Assembly (NCBI GenBank): GCA_050575255.1
Contig: JBNZDD010013721.1
Location: 6,268,548-6,332,547 of the forward strand
Direction of reading: 5' to 3'
Length of the DNA: 64,000 nucleotides
Source: Harriotta raleighana
Taxonomy: Eukaryota
The stretch's first letter is position 1. Each line of letters begins with the position of its first letter. The notes beneath the pieces were generated by a model. The model was not told the origin of the DNA. It ran no database searches and saw nothing but the letters and a program-made list of their open reading frames with translations. Both the position numbers and the translations under genes were made by a program. Shown here piece by piece: positions 23,970-34,959 of this stretch.

Positions 23970-26900
23970 TCAGTGTAACTCAGAGCAGCGGCACATCTTG
24001 GTATTTGATGACACAGGTGTTCTTTTCTTGTTGCAAATGCATTGCAGCAGAAAACGTCCCTGGGAGCAACCATTTTCCTCATTGTCAGTGTCACATTCCT
24101 CTGGCATAGATTCACTGGCTTCAAACTTCTCTTTTGCATGAGCTTCAGGATCTTGGTTGGAGGTTTTTAGAAAAGTCATTGGGCGTTTTGGTTTGGATAT
24201 GGGTATGGGTCTACACTTGCAATGTATTCTTTGTGGGATTTTTGGTCTCCCTCGGCAATGGACTTTTGTATGATTTTGGGAAGTAGTTTCAGGAAGATAT
24301 TGACTGTTTTGCCTGAGGGATTTCACAGCAACTTGCGCACCCCCAGCTAGGGTATTCGAGGTATGCTGCACACCTTCAGGGAGAGTTTTCATGAAATCTT
24401 GCTTGCTTTGACTATGTTGTTGCCTTACATTTTCTACATCTTGAGATTGGATCGGGAGCTGCGCATGTTGGGAAGGTAAATCTCCATTACCTCGTCTGCT
24501 GTGAGAAGTGGACTGTGGGGCATCTTCCCCAACTTCATAGGCAGTTCCCAAAGGTCCTTGGCTTTGTCTTCCAACTTTTCTGCCATATTCTGATTCATGC
24601 AATCGCATTTCTGGGACATTTTGTCCATTTTGGTTAAATGATTCCAGAGAACTTTGTCTGCTGTGGGGTTGAGAGACTGGGGCATAACCCCTGTTTACAT
24701 CTCTGTTTTCTAAGTGATTTTGGCTTTGTCTGCTGATTCTCCTACCATTTTCTTGAGCTTGAGGTTTCATTTCCAGGACACCTTGCACATCCTGAACTCG
24801 TCTGCTAACGGATCGAGACAGTAGGTCCTGATTCTTATAAACAGTTCGTATATCCAAAGGATGTTGATTTGGTCTGATGAGATTTCTGCTATGTTTTGAT
24901 CCTTGGGATTGCATTGCTTGGATATCTTGCAAATTTGGGATGTTCAATTGATGAGTACCTCGACTGTTGTGGGATAGAGAACTTAGGTCATATTCCCCAG
25001 CTACAGATTTTGGTTGTGGTGGATCTTGCCTTTTGAAATTCTTGCCAATTTCCTGCATTTCTTGGACACTTTGCCCATTTTGATCGTATACTTCCCGTCT
25101 GCTGGGAAATTGAGTTATGTGGGCACGATCCTCATAAACAATAAGTGTGTCCAAGGGATCTTGCCTTTGTCTGCTGAGATTTCTGCTGTTTTTTGGTACT
25201 GAAGGTTGCATTTCTCGCACATCTTGCTCAGGTTGGAAGTATGATTCCTGAGTATTTTGTCTGCTGTGTGGCAGATAAATTAGGTCATGTTCCCCAACTA
25301 TAGGTTTAGCTGGTATTAACACTTGGTTTTGACTGCTGTCGTTTCCACCATTTTCTGGAAACTGGGGATGTGTTCCTAGAATATTTTGGATGGGTATTTC
25401 CTCAGATTTTTGTTTACTGTGGGATTGATACACTAGAGCATATTTCTTACCCAAATTACTGGTTTGGGAAGGACCTTGGCTTTGTCTAAGTGCATTTAAA
25501 CCAGTTTGTGATGCTTCATGTTTGGATTCTGGAATACATTCCCAGTATTCGAAAGGAAATTCTTGGGAAACCCATCTGCTGGGGGGTTCAATTACAAAGT
25601 CATATTCCCAATCGATAGGACAGGATTCTGTGAAATCTTCTTTTAGTTCTTCGCCTTGCATCTTGACTTTTTTGCTGCTTTGTGGGGTTGGGGTTTCTGA
25701 TAGATCTTGCTGATATTGATTAGAAACTGCCTGAGAAACTCGCCTGCTTTGTGATGACGACTTTCTGGAGTGCTGTTTATCTTCTGTGTTAGTGTGTCCA
25801 GGATCTTGGCTTTTTCTGTGAGCTTTCCTTGCATTTTGTGAGACTTGGGATTGCGTTCCTGAAATAACTTTTGCAACTTTAGAAGCAGATTCCTGAGAAA
25901 CCCGTCTGCTTTGCGAAGAGGGCTTTCGGGCATAATGCTTATCTTCAGAGAACATTTGCACCAGATTTTGACTGTTTTGTTTTGGGATTTTACTATCGAG
26001 TGGAGTTTCTGCTTGAGTTTCTGGCAGATTCTGTCGATATTGCAAAGAACTTTCCTGGGAATTGTGTCGGCTTTGCAATTTCGGGCCATATTGCTTTTCT
26101 TCAAGATGATTATCTTGGCTGTTTGGCTTCTTGATTTCCCTGACATGCTGTGGAACAGGACATGGCAAACCTTCATCATCTTGTGAAGGGAAGGCTGTTT
26201 GAGAACAGGACTTTGTAGTATATTGTTTATGTTTAGAGTTGGATTTGGGGGGATCTTGGCCATCTTGGCTGATAACACTCTTGACATATTGTGGGGATTG
26301 GGAGTAAGCTTCTGGAGGATCTTGCTTGGATTGGGAGGGACCATGCATGGCAGTTTGTTTATCTTGAAAATCTCTCAGATGTGCTTTTAGCAGAACTTGA
26401 CAATTTTGGAGATGGAAGTTTCTGGCATGTTGTGGATCTTTGCTATCAAATGCTGAGTCATAGGAACACAGGAACAGAGGAATATTAGAAATTAAATATT
26501 GCCCATATTGGGTTATATATTCAGATGCACTTGGTTCAACCCGAGGATGGTATTCTGGATTAAGTTCCCTGTGTCTAGAGTGAGTTTCCAACTGATTTTG
26601 GCTGTGTCTGTTTCTAGAATGTTGTGGGATATGGCCGTGGGGTTCTGGGAAATCTTGGTCATATTTGGAATGATATTCCTGGGACCCTCGTGTGCTATGA
26701 GGATCAGACTTTTGAGCATATCGTTCATCATTAAATTGGTTCTTTAAGGCATCCTGGCTGTAGATTTTTCTGAAATTTTGTGGGTCTTGGGATTCTAAGT
26801 CATGGTGTTTATATCCATAATATAATTTCCGAGGAATTTGCCTGCTGTGGGGATGGACTCTTGAAGCATATTGTTTATTTTCAGAGTGAATTCCTATGAA

Positions 26901-29900
26901 ATCTTGGCTGTTTCTCTGAACATCTCCATATTGTGGGTCTTGGCTTTCTGGTAGATCATGCCCATCTTGAGTAGGTAATTCCTGGGAACTTTCATGTTTA
27001 TTTTTAGTCTTATTTTGGTTTTCCTCTGTGGAACGATTTGGAAGATAATTCTGTTGCTGGTGGATGGATGACAAGTTCTCGTCGTGCTCTTCAAAAGAGT
27101 TTGGCTCCATGTAAATAGGCAAGTCCTGATTTTCAGGCTCAGGACTACGTGGCAGGGATTCAATGTAAGGTTTTGAAATTTGGGATTCTTTTGGAGTCAA
27201 TTGAAGAGCAGATTTTGTGATCACATTAGCACTTTCAGATGGAGATTCTATGGGTCGAAGTTGTGTTGTTTCCTTACTTTCACTGGAGATGATATTCTTG
27301 GATAGTTTGTTTTGAGGTGAAGGACCATTCTTTTGTTTCTCATTAACCAGGCTTTCCTCTGAGGAAATATTTGAAATGTCTTGTGGTTTATTACTCTGCT
27401 GAAAGTTTTCATTGTATACCTCAAAGGGGGTTGGCTTCATGGAAATAGGCAGGTCTCGTTTTTCAGGTTCAGGGCTGCTTGGTGGGGACTGACTTTCAGA
27501 GCTTGAAATTGGGGATACTTCAGGACTGACTGGAAGAGATCTTTTGTGTAGGCCGTCATTCCCAATTGAAGATTTTGCAGATCCTGGTGTTTCACTGTCT
27601 TTCCTGTTCAAGATAGACTTGGAAAGTTTGGGCTCCTTTGGGAGGGATTGAATTTCCTTTTGTTTGTGGAGATCTGAGGTTTCCTCTGAAGAAAGATTTG
27701 GAATATTGCCTTGTTGCTCATCAGTTAGTGACAAGTTGTCAGTATGTTCTTCAGACAAACTTGGCTCCATGACAACTGGTAGGTTTTGAGGACCTTGGCC
27801 TTCCTCCAAAGTCATATTTGTTTCGTTGTTTTGTTGATCATTGAAGTTTTCATCATGTCCCTCAAAGGAACGTAACTCCATGGAAATAGGTAGGTCCTGG
27901 TTTGGGGGCTCATGGCTTCCTGGTGAGGATTCAGTACCATGGTTTAAAACTTGGGATACTTTAGGCATCAAGGAAAATGATTTTTTACCAATGCTATCAC
28001 TTTCTGTTGAGGATTTTGGAGGTTTGAATTGTGGTGTTTCTTTGTCTTTTCCGTTGAAGATATTCTTGGAACCTGTGGAGCTTTTTTGGAGAGAGGGAAT
28101 TTTCTTTTGCTCATCAAGTACTGGTTCTTCCTCTTCCTCTGATGAAAGATTTGGAACATTGTCTTGTTGCTCAATTTTGGGTTGCACGTTTTCAGCAGGT
28201 TCATCAAAAGTATTTGGTTCAATGGAATTAGACAATTCTTCGTTTGGAGGCTCAGGGTTTCCTGGTGAGGATTCAGTACCTTGGTTTAAAACTTGGAATA
28301 CTTGAGAAGTCAAGGAAGATGATTTAGTGCCAATGCTATCACTTTTTGTTGAAGATTTTGCAAGTGTTTCTTTGTTTTTCTTGTTGAAGAGTTTCTTAAC
28401 CAGTTTAGGTTTCTTTTGGGCTGAGTGGATTTTCTTTTGCTTGCTGAGATCTGAGCCTTTCTCTGAGGAAATACTTGAACGGTTGTTTTGGTCATCTTCA
28501 GCGAGTGGTAAGTTTTCATCATGTTTCATCAAAGAAATTGGCGCTATGGAAATAGGTTGGTCCTGTGTTTCAGGCTCTGGGATAAGTCTGTGTGATTCAG
28601 TGTCATGGTTTGAATCTTGGGAATCTTTACCAGTCAAGGGCTGAAGGATAGATCTCAGCTCTTCATTTTCAAGTGCAGATTTTGCAGATTTAACTTTTGT
28701 AGTTTCTTTGTCTTTCCCATTGAAGATATTCTTGGAACCTGTGGAACTTTTTTCGAGAGAGGAAGTTTTCTTTTGCTCGTTAAGTACTGGGTCTTCCTCT
28801 TCCTCTGATGAAAGATTTGGAGCATTATCTTGTTGCTCACTTTTGGGTTGTATGTTTTCAGCAGGTTCATCAAAAGTATTTGGTTCAATGGAATCATTCA
28901 GGTCCTTGTTTGGAGGCTCAGGGTTTCCTGGTGAGGATTCAGTACCATGGTTTATATCTTGGAATACTTGAGAAGTCAAGGAAGATGATTTAGTGGCAAT
29001 GCTATCACTTTTTGTTAAAGATTTTGCAGGTGTTTCTTTGCTTTTCTTGTTGAAGAGGTTCTTAACCAGTTTAGGTTTCTTTTGGGATGAGCGGATTTTC
29101 TTTTGCTTGCTGAGATCTGAGCCTTTTTCTGAGGAAATACTTGAACGGTTGTTTTGGTCATCTTCAGTAGGTGGTAAGTTTTCATCATGTTTCATCAATG
29201 AAATTGGCGTTACGGAAATAGGTTGGTCCTGTGTTTCATGCTCTGGGATAAGTCTGTGTGATTCGGTGTCATGGTTTGAATCTTGGGAATCTTTACCAGT
29301 CAAGGGCTGAAGTATAGATCTCAGCTCTTCATTTTCAAGTGAAGAGTTTGCAGATTTAACTTTTGCAGTTTCTTTGTCTTTCCCATTGAAGATATTCTTG
29401 GAACCCGTGGAGCTTTTTTGGATTGAGGGGATTTTCTTTTGCTCATCAAGTACTGGGCCTTCCTCTTCCTCTGATGAAAGATTAGGAACATTGCCTTGTT
29501 GCTCGCTTTTTGGTTCCATGTTTTCAGCAGGTTCCTCAAAAGCATTTGGTTCCATGGAATCAGGAAGGTCCTGGTTTGGGGGCTCGGGGCTTCCTGGTGA
29601 GGATTCAGTACCATGGTTTAAAACTTGGAATACGTTAGAAGTCAGGTAAGATGATTGTGTGCCAATGCTATCTTTCTCTGTTGAAGATTTTGCTGGTTTT
29701 AATTGTGTTTGTTTGCTTGTCCTGTTGAAGAGGTTCTTAGCCAGTTTGGGTTTCTTTTGGGATGATGGAATTTTCTTTTGCCTGAGATCTGTGCCTTCCA
29801 CTGAAGAATTTTCCTGACTTGTTTGTTCCTTGACGGAAAAAAATTCGTCAGATTTCTTAGAAAATGTTATTGATTTATGGTTTTCTTTCTGAGGTTCATT

Positions 29901-30713
29901 TGGCAAATGAACAGCAGGAATTGGATCAAAGGTAGCTGGTATGCCTGTGAGGGATCCAGTGTTGGAGAAGCTCTTCGGTGCCATGGGATCAGGTTTTATG
30001 GGCTCATCTCTCTCAGGTGGAGAGTGTGAGGCATAATCATCATTCTCCTCAAGAAGTGGTATTGACACTTTACCTTCTTGTAGGTTAGTTGGTAAAGCAG
30101 AAACATGGCTTGGGTTTGAAGAAGGACTTGGAATTGTGCTTTGCAAGTCAGCTGTTTCTGGCTGGTCTTCAATGGCCCATTGGGAGGATAATTTTTGTTG
30201 GCTTTCAGTTGTCACTGGTTCATTTACTGAGGGTTTCTCCATAAGTGAATGCAAGTTGCTATTAGTAGCTTCAGGCAATTGGTATTGTTCCTGGTTGGTG
30301 GGAATAAAGTGTTCATTCATAGTAGGAGACACACCATGATCCATATCTGGTTGGATGGTCATATTGTTTATTTTTTGTTTGTCAGTTGTTACTGTGCTCA
30401 GGTGTTTATATCGAGTGGCAGTGACTAGAACAGTATGACTACTCGTAACAATAAGGTTCAGAGTATCTGGATCTGTGTCTTCAGGGAGATTGAATTTGCT
30501 GTAAAACCCATGAAAGACATTTCTAGTCATTCCATTTTCTTCCTGAAGATTTACTGATTGATCTCCAAAGACATTTACTCTTCTGCCATTGATTGTTGAA
30601 TTCACCTTATTCGCAGAAATATGTCCAAGATTTAAGCAGACAGAAAAATCTTGCAAGCTTATTTCATTGCTTCCTCTTTGCTTTGTAGTATCAAACAGAT
30701 TTTTTTGATCCAT
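23970..30713 (-). CDS. Array gene 4: giant (2247 aa) single-exon-CDS alpha-crystallin-domain protein with repetitive S/Q/E/K/P-rich tail and Cys-rich C-terminus
   Basis: N-terminal ACD DFSVCLNLGHISANKVNSTINGRRVNVFGDQ..NGMTRNVFHGFYSKFNLPEDTDPDTLNLIVTSSHTVLVTA; a 6.7-kb stop-free ORF in AT-rich DNA. Confidence 0.85.
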   Translation of the reverse strand: MDQKNLFDTTKQRGSNEISLQDFSVCLNLGHISANKVNSTINGRRVNVFGDQSVNLQEENGMTRNVFHGFYSKFNLPEDTDPDTLNLIVTSSHTVLVTATRYKHLSTVTTDKQKINNMTIQPDMDHGVSPTMNEHFIPTNQEQYQLPEATNSNLHSLMEKPSVNEPVTTESQQKLSSQWAIEDQPETADLQSTIPSPSSNPSHVSALPTNLQEGKVSIPLLEENDDYASHSPPERDEPIKPDPMAPKSFSNTGSLTGIPATFDPIPAVHLPNEPQKENHKSITFSKKSDEFFSVKEQTSQENSSVEGTDLRQKKIPSSQKKPKLAKNLFNRTSKQTQLKPAKSSTEKDSIGTQSSYLTSNVFQVLNHGTESSPGSPEPPNQDLPDSMEPNAFEEPAENMEPKSEQQGNVPNLSSEEEEGPVLDEQKKIPSIQKSSTGSKNIFNGKDKETAKVKSANSSLENEELRSILQPLTGKDSQDSNHDTESHRLIPEHETQDQPISVTPISLMKHDENLPPTEDDQNNRSSISSEKGSDLSKQKKIRSSQKKPKLVKNLFNKKSKETPAKSLTKSDSIATKSSSLTSQVFQDINHGTESSPGNPEPPNKDLNDSIEPNTFDEPAENIQPKSEQQDNAPNLSSEEEEDPVLNEQKKTSSLEKSSTGSKNIFNGKDKETTKVKSAKSALENEELRSILQPLTGKDSQDSNHDTESHRLIPEPETQDQPISIAPISLMKHDENLPLAEDDQNNRSSISSEKGSDLSKQKKIHSAQKKPKLVKKLFNKKNKETLAKSSTKSDSIGTKSSSLTSQVFQVLNQGTESSPGNPEPPNEELSNSIEPNTFDEPAENVQPKIEQQDNVPNLSSEEEEEPVLDEQKKIPSLQKSSTGSKNIFNGKDKETPQFKPPKSSTESDSIGKKSFSLMPKVSQVLNHGTESSPGSHEPPNQDLPISMELRSFEGHDENFNDQQNNETNMTLEEGQGPQNLPVVMEPSLSEEHTDNLSLTDEQQGNIPNLSSEETSDLHKQKEIQSLPKEPKLSKSILNRKDSETPGSAKSSIGNDGLHKRSLPVSPEVSPISSSESQSPPSSPEPEKRDLPISMKPTPFEVYNENFQQSNKPQDISNISSEESLVNEKQKNGPSPQNKLSKNIISSESKETTQLRPIESPSESANVITKSALQLTPKESQISKPYIESLPRSPEPENQDLPIYMEPNSFEEHDENLSSIHQQQNYLPNRSTEENQNKTKNKHESSQELPTQDGHDLPESQDPQYGDVQRNSQDFIGIHSENKQYASRVHPHSRQIPRKLYYGYKHHDLESQDPQNFRKIYSQDALKNQFNDERYAQKSDPHSTRGSQEYHSKYDQDFPEPHGHIPQHSRNRHSQNQLETHSRHRELNPEYHPRVEPSASEYITQYGQYLISNIPLFLCSYDSAFDSKDPQHARNFHLQNCQVLLKAHLRDFQDKQTAMHGPSQSKQDPPEAYSQSPQYVKSVISQDGQDPPKSNSKHKQYTTKSCSQTAFPSQDDEGLPCPVPQHVREIKKPNSQDNHLEEKQYGPKLQSRHNSQESSLQYRQNLPETQAETPLDSKIPKQNSQNLVQMFSEDKHYARKPSSQSRRVSQESASKVAKVISGTQSQVSQNARKAHRKSQDPGHTNTEDKQHSRKSSSQSRRVSQAVSNQYQQDLSETPTPQSSKKVKMQGEELKEDFTESCPIDWEYDFVIEPPSRWVSQEFPFEYWECIPESKHEASQTGLNALRQSQGPSQTSNLGKKYALVYQSHSKQKSEEIPIQNILGTHPQFPENGGNDSSQNQVLIPAKPIVGEHDLIYLPHSRQNTQESYFQPEQDVREMQPSVPKNSRNLSRQRQDPLDTLIVYEDRAHITQFPSRREVYDQNGQSVQEMQEIGKNFKRQDPPQPKSVAGEYDLSSLSHNSRGTHQLNIPNLQDIQAMQSQGSKHSRNLIRPNQHPLDIRTVYKNQDLLSRSVSRRVQDVQGVLEMKPQAQENGRRISRQSQNHLENRDVNRGYAPVSQPHSRQSSLESFNQNGQNVPEMRLHESEYGRKVGRQSQGPLGTAYEVGEDAPQSTSHSRRGNGDLPSQHAQLPIQSQDVENVRQQHSQSKQDFMKTLPEGVQHTSNTLAGGAQVAVKSLRQNSQYLPETTSQNHTKVHCRGRPKIPQRIHCKCRPIPISKPKRPMTFLKTSNQDPEAHAKEKFEASESMPEECDTDNEENGCSQGRFLLQCICNKKRTPVSSNTKMCRCSELH
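27880..29790 (-). repeat. 666-nt (222-aa) coding tandem repeat, built from two ~111-aa subunits, inside gene 4
   Basis: The anchor CCTGGTGAGGATTCAGTACC recurs at 29593, 28927, 28261 (666-nt spacing) and 27919 (342 nt). Confidence 0.9.
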
Positions 30714-30757
30714 GGATTCATTGATCCAGTTTTACTCAACTTGGAAGTGTATAATTT

Positions 30758-30812
30758 TCTGGAAATGAGAGGATATAAAACAAATGCTTGCTTACATCTC
30801 AGATTTGTAAGG
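30758..30812 (-). promoter_or_regulatory. Shared upstream module, partial (gene 4 copy)
   Basis: CTTACAAATCTGAGATGTAAGCAAGCA..TTTCCAGAAAATT on the minus strand. Confidence 0.45.
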
Positions 30813-32883
30813 GAAATTATTTACTGCTAAGATTAAATTATGTTGTAAAGCTGATGTCTTATAGTTCCAAAGCATTATTTATTTACCGATCCCATAATAT
30901 AAGTAGCCACTCAAGGTTTAAAAAGAGCACATGTTAAAGAAATGTTGTAATTCAAAACAATTACTGCACCTTATATTTGTTCCATGTTATGGCACTAACA
31001 TTCATTACATTAATGAGCAAAAAAATTATAATAATCTCCATAATTAAACATATGCTGTATATTGAAATGCATAGGATAAGAATTATTTTCTGCAATTAGA
31101 TTCGCTGCATTAACTTTGCACCATTCCTATATTGAATTGAAGCAATCCTGTACTCAATTGTTCTAAACTACAACATGCACCATAAACTTTGCACCTTATA
31201 ACACTGTTTGCCAGATAATATATTTTTTAAAGTTACCCTTCTGTACAGTATAAATTTTAATAATAGTATTACCATAATCCCACTTTCCTCAGTTCATGTA
31301 GCATTTGTCATATATGTTGACTCAAAAAATAATGACTAACACTATTTATGGTTTACAGCTTATGTAAATTCTTGCGTTATCCGTTACTGATTAATTATTA
31401 GGAAAAACACCTCACCAATGAACCTGATAGCTGTCGTATAGATTTGCCAATCTGCTTTACCTCTCCATGCTTGTGTACATCCAACCGAGTAAAAGTTATA
31501 CTGTATTTACTACGATATCATAATGAAACAAATGATGTCACCTAGCAGTTTCCTCTCGTTTTCATGTCCTTCAAAAGCTGCAAAACATAAACTAAATTCA
31601 TAGCATAGAAGGGTGATATTGTGATCAGCAATCAAATTTGATAAATAATTTAATACATAAGGCTGAAAATAAAGTTTGTGTCTTCAGACAAACCAGGCGC
31701 CAGGCAGCTGTTGTGGACAGTAAGAGGAGGGAATTGTAATCTACCATTTGATCCAATCATGATTATCATCAATAATAACTAGTGATATTAATTACACTTG
31801 CCCTATCAAGTCAAAATGGCTCAAAGTGCTTTGTCCAAGAGATATTACAAATTAGTTGATATATAGGCAAGTCATGTGCCTGTGTAATGCACTTTGTGTC
31901 ATTTTCACTCAAAAAAACACACAGAAAAGAGATATATAAACCCAAGTAGGCCTTCCAGTTTATCACTCAATTTGATTGGGGGTGCACTGCATTGTGGGGC
32001 GATGTCATTTGGAAGAGATGTTAAACCAAAGTACTGTCTGCCTTTGAAGCCGGACATTAAAGATCCCATGGCACTCTTCAAACTATTGAAAGGGAGAAGA
32101 GAGTTTTTCCTGGTATTCTGGTCAACAGTCCCCCAGATAAAAATTGGCCCTTCACTTCCTGGCTAATTGTGGGCCATTGCTGGGCACAAATCAGTTACCA
32201 CATTCGACTACAAGCTCTATGTCATTTCACAGCACAGACACTGCACTTTGCAGTAAATCCTGTGAAGTGCTTTGAGATGTGATAAGATCCCGTGTTAAAT
32301 GGAAAGATTGCTATTACAGGAGTTTTATATCCCTGTTGTAGAATAATTACGTTCACCAAAGATCAAAAATATAGTCTAAACGTCCACAAGTACTAAAGCT
32401 GAGGGGGGCCCACAATTTATTTGAAAAGTGGTATAAGTGAAAGATTGTGATTAGTACTTTGATCCAAGTAACATTATACATTTAAACTAACTGTACTTTA
32501 AAGTCTCATGTCTATCATAGGTATACACATCAAATCTGTATCAAATGCAAGGAATACTAATATTATTATTATTATTACTATTATTTGTAGGTTAAATCTT
32601 TAAACTATAAATAATATATTTTATATAATGTAACATGTATTTTTACATATAATATACTGATAATATATTTTCAAATAAATAATACATGTTCTACATCGAT
32701 TGCAAGAATTATTATTAATATTATCCTTATGGTTATTACAGGCAGGTTAAACCTTTGAGCAGGGAGGAAACAAAACACCGTTACTTTGTTGCTTAAAGTC
32801 ATTTTAAAGAGAGTTGGATTCGGTCCGGATTCTCTTGTGATATTTCACACAAAATAAAAAGCCAGTCACGTTTCAATGATACC

Positions 32884-32968
32884 ATCACTTTCATCACAGT
32901 GGCGAGGTCCGGCGTGGGCTGAAAGACCTGTGGCGTAAGCAAAGCCACCGGCGGCGGTTTCATATAAG
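32884..32968 (+). promoter_or_regulatory. Shared upstream module (gene 5 copy)
   Basis: TCACTTTCATCACAG..ACCTGTGGCGTAAGCAAA..TTTCATATAA. Confidence 0.55.
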
Positions 32969-33025
32969 GCTGGTCGCTTTCACAACGTTAATGAATCGGT
33001 GAATGTGGTTGCAAAGCCAAACCCG

Positions 33026-33541
33026 ATGGATCCCCTGGGTTCCCGACCACAACCGGATGGCAGGACCGGCCCCAGCGATCCCCCGAAGTTTTCCGTCTTC
33101 GTCAACCTGGGGAATGTTTCTCCCGAGCAGGTAGTGGTGAAGATCAAGGACAGAACAATGACCATCTCTGGGGAACATGTGGAGAAGGTGCGGGGCGCCG
33201 GCGGGGTGGCGAAATACAGTTTCCACGGCTTCTCCAACGAGTTTGACCTGCCCGCCGGCGTGGAGTTCGATTCCCTGGTCTTCACGGTCCTGGACCACGA
33301 CACGATGAAGATTGAAGTGGAGCAACCTCAACCCCGGGAGCAACGTTCAAACCCCGAAGTGCAGCCGGGCGCCTCCGTGCGTTTCACTCCCAAGTCATCG
33401 GTCTTTACCCCCGTGAGATGTTCCAGCCAGAGGAAGGTCCACTTGGCAGTCAAACGCCAGAGCCAGAAAGGCCACAGTCATCGACAAGACCAGCCTCATC
33501 GGACCAGGTCGATCTCCCCCAACCATGGCTCCAGGAATTGA
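33026..33541 (+). CDS. Array gene 5: shortest alpha-crystallin-domain member (171 aa from ATG)
   Basis: KFSVFVNLGNVSPEQVVVKIKDRTMTISGEHVEK..KYSFHGFSNEFDLPAGVEFDSLVFTVLDHDTMKIE. Confidence 0.88.
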   Translation: MDPLGSRPQPDGRTGPSDPPKFSVFVNLGNVSPEQVVVKIKDRTMTISGEHVEKVRGAGGVAKYSFHGFSNEFDLPAGVEFDSLVFTVLDHDTMKIEVEQPQPREQRSNPEVQPGASVRFTPKSSVFTPVRCSSQRKVHLAVKRQSQKGHSHRQDQPHRTRSISPNHGSRN

Positions 33542-34124
33542 GGCGCTTCCTCTACAATCCGGCAACCGGCCTGAGCTCACACTTTGCGCATTCGAGACCG
33601 CCCAGGTTCACCCTTGACAGATTTCCAAACCACAAGCCGTGCATCACCGGGGGGGGGGGGGGGGGCCCCANNNNNNNNNNGGGGGGGGGGGGGGGGGGGG
33701 ATGTCAGAAGCCAATGTCTCTCTCTCTTCAGGCTGCACCTTCAAGAGGAATCCATACCTACTCCTAACATTTCGAGCGGAGGCTCTCGCTCACTCTCTCT
33801 CTTTGCCCCCTAAAACCCCTCCCTGCCCCCCAAACTCCCTACCCCCCCCACCCCTCCCCCCCCCGCCCCAGCGTAACAACATCACCTCCGAGAGGGATCT
33901 GTCTCATTGTCTCACTCGCCACTTTACAGATCTGTCTTTTCAATGAGAACTTTCGAAGCTTTCGTCCCAGTTTTACAATTAAAAAAAGATTGCTGAGATG
34001 GAAGCATTAAACGTCAGTTTTATTGTAGCCTTCAATTATTTTCATGGGTGACACGCAGCAGTAGTGTCCCACAAACAACCATGGAGTGAGTAACCACTTT
34101 TATTTGGGGGAATGTTGGCCATCC

Positions 34125-34285
34125 CAACAATTTAAAAGAGAATTAGATATTTATTTAGTGAGAATGGGTCTGTTATGGGGAGAATGCTGGGCAGTGGGAT
34201 TGAGTTGCTCTTTTCTAAGAGCTGCACAGACCAGATGGGCCGAATGGCCTCCTTTTGTGCTGTATGATTCTATGATTCTATGATG
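34125..34285 (+). mobile_element. CR1 LINE extreme 3' end
   Basis: GATGGGCCGAATGGCCTCCT..TGTGCTGT followed by the (ATTCTATG)n octamer tail typical of CR1. Confidence 0.75.
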
Positions 34286-34959
34286 ACACTGGGAGGAAGG
34301 AATTCCCTTCTCTTTTCCACTTCATAAATAGGCAGATTCATATGTTTCAAAGTTTCATGTGAATCCACAGTCTTCTGACTGAGGCAAGAGTGCTAACACT
34401 GAGCCAGGCTGGACTATCAGTACATAACTACCACCACCAAAACTGAATAAGCTTTAATTTGTGATGATCTTTTCACTTTAAGAAAGTAACATTAGGAAAG
34501 TTTCCCTACTCCATATACCTCTGTTTACCCAACAGTAAGTAGGTTGTTGGTCAATTGACAAATTGGTTTACTGGTGGGTAATAATCCAGTAAAAACATAA
34601 TTTAGTTACTCAATCCATGCCTGTGGGCCAGTGCTGTGCATCATTGGCTGCCATGTTTTGACAACAAAATATTCAGTCAATTCACTTTACACTTTTCTCT
34701 GGGAAACCCTTTGAGAAGTATCAATGAAATTATAAGATGCTATATCAAATGCAAGGATTGTTATTATTCTGATGATTTAAAAATATTCTACATAACCTCA
34801 AGTAATTGGAAATTCAAATACCACAACAAAATTACACTTAGAAGTATAATTACATAAGATAAGTAACAAAACGTGCTTTTGCCAGTGCCTCTGCACCCCA
34901 AGTACTGGCAGCAATAGCAGCTACCAATGCACACTCCACCTCACCGAGCCTGTCACAAG

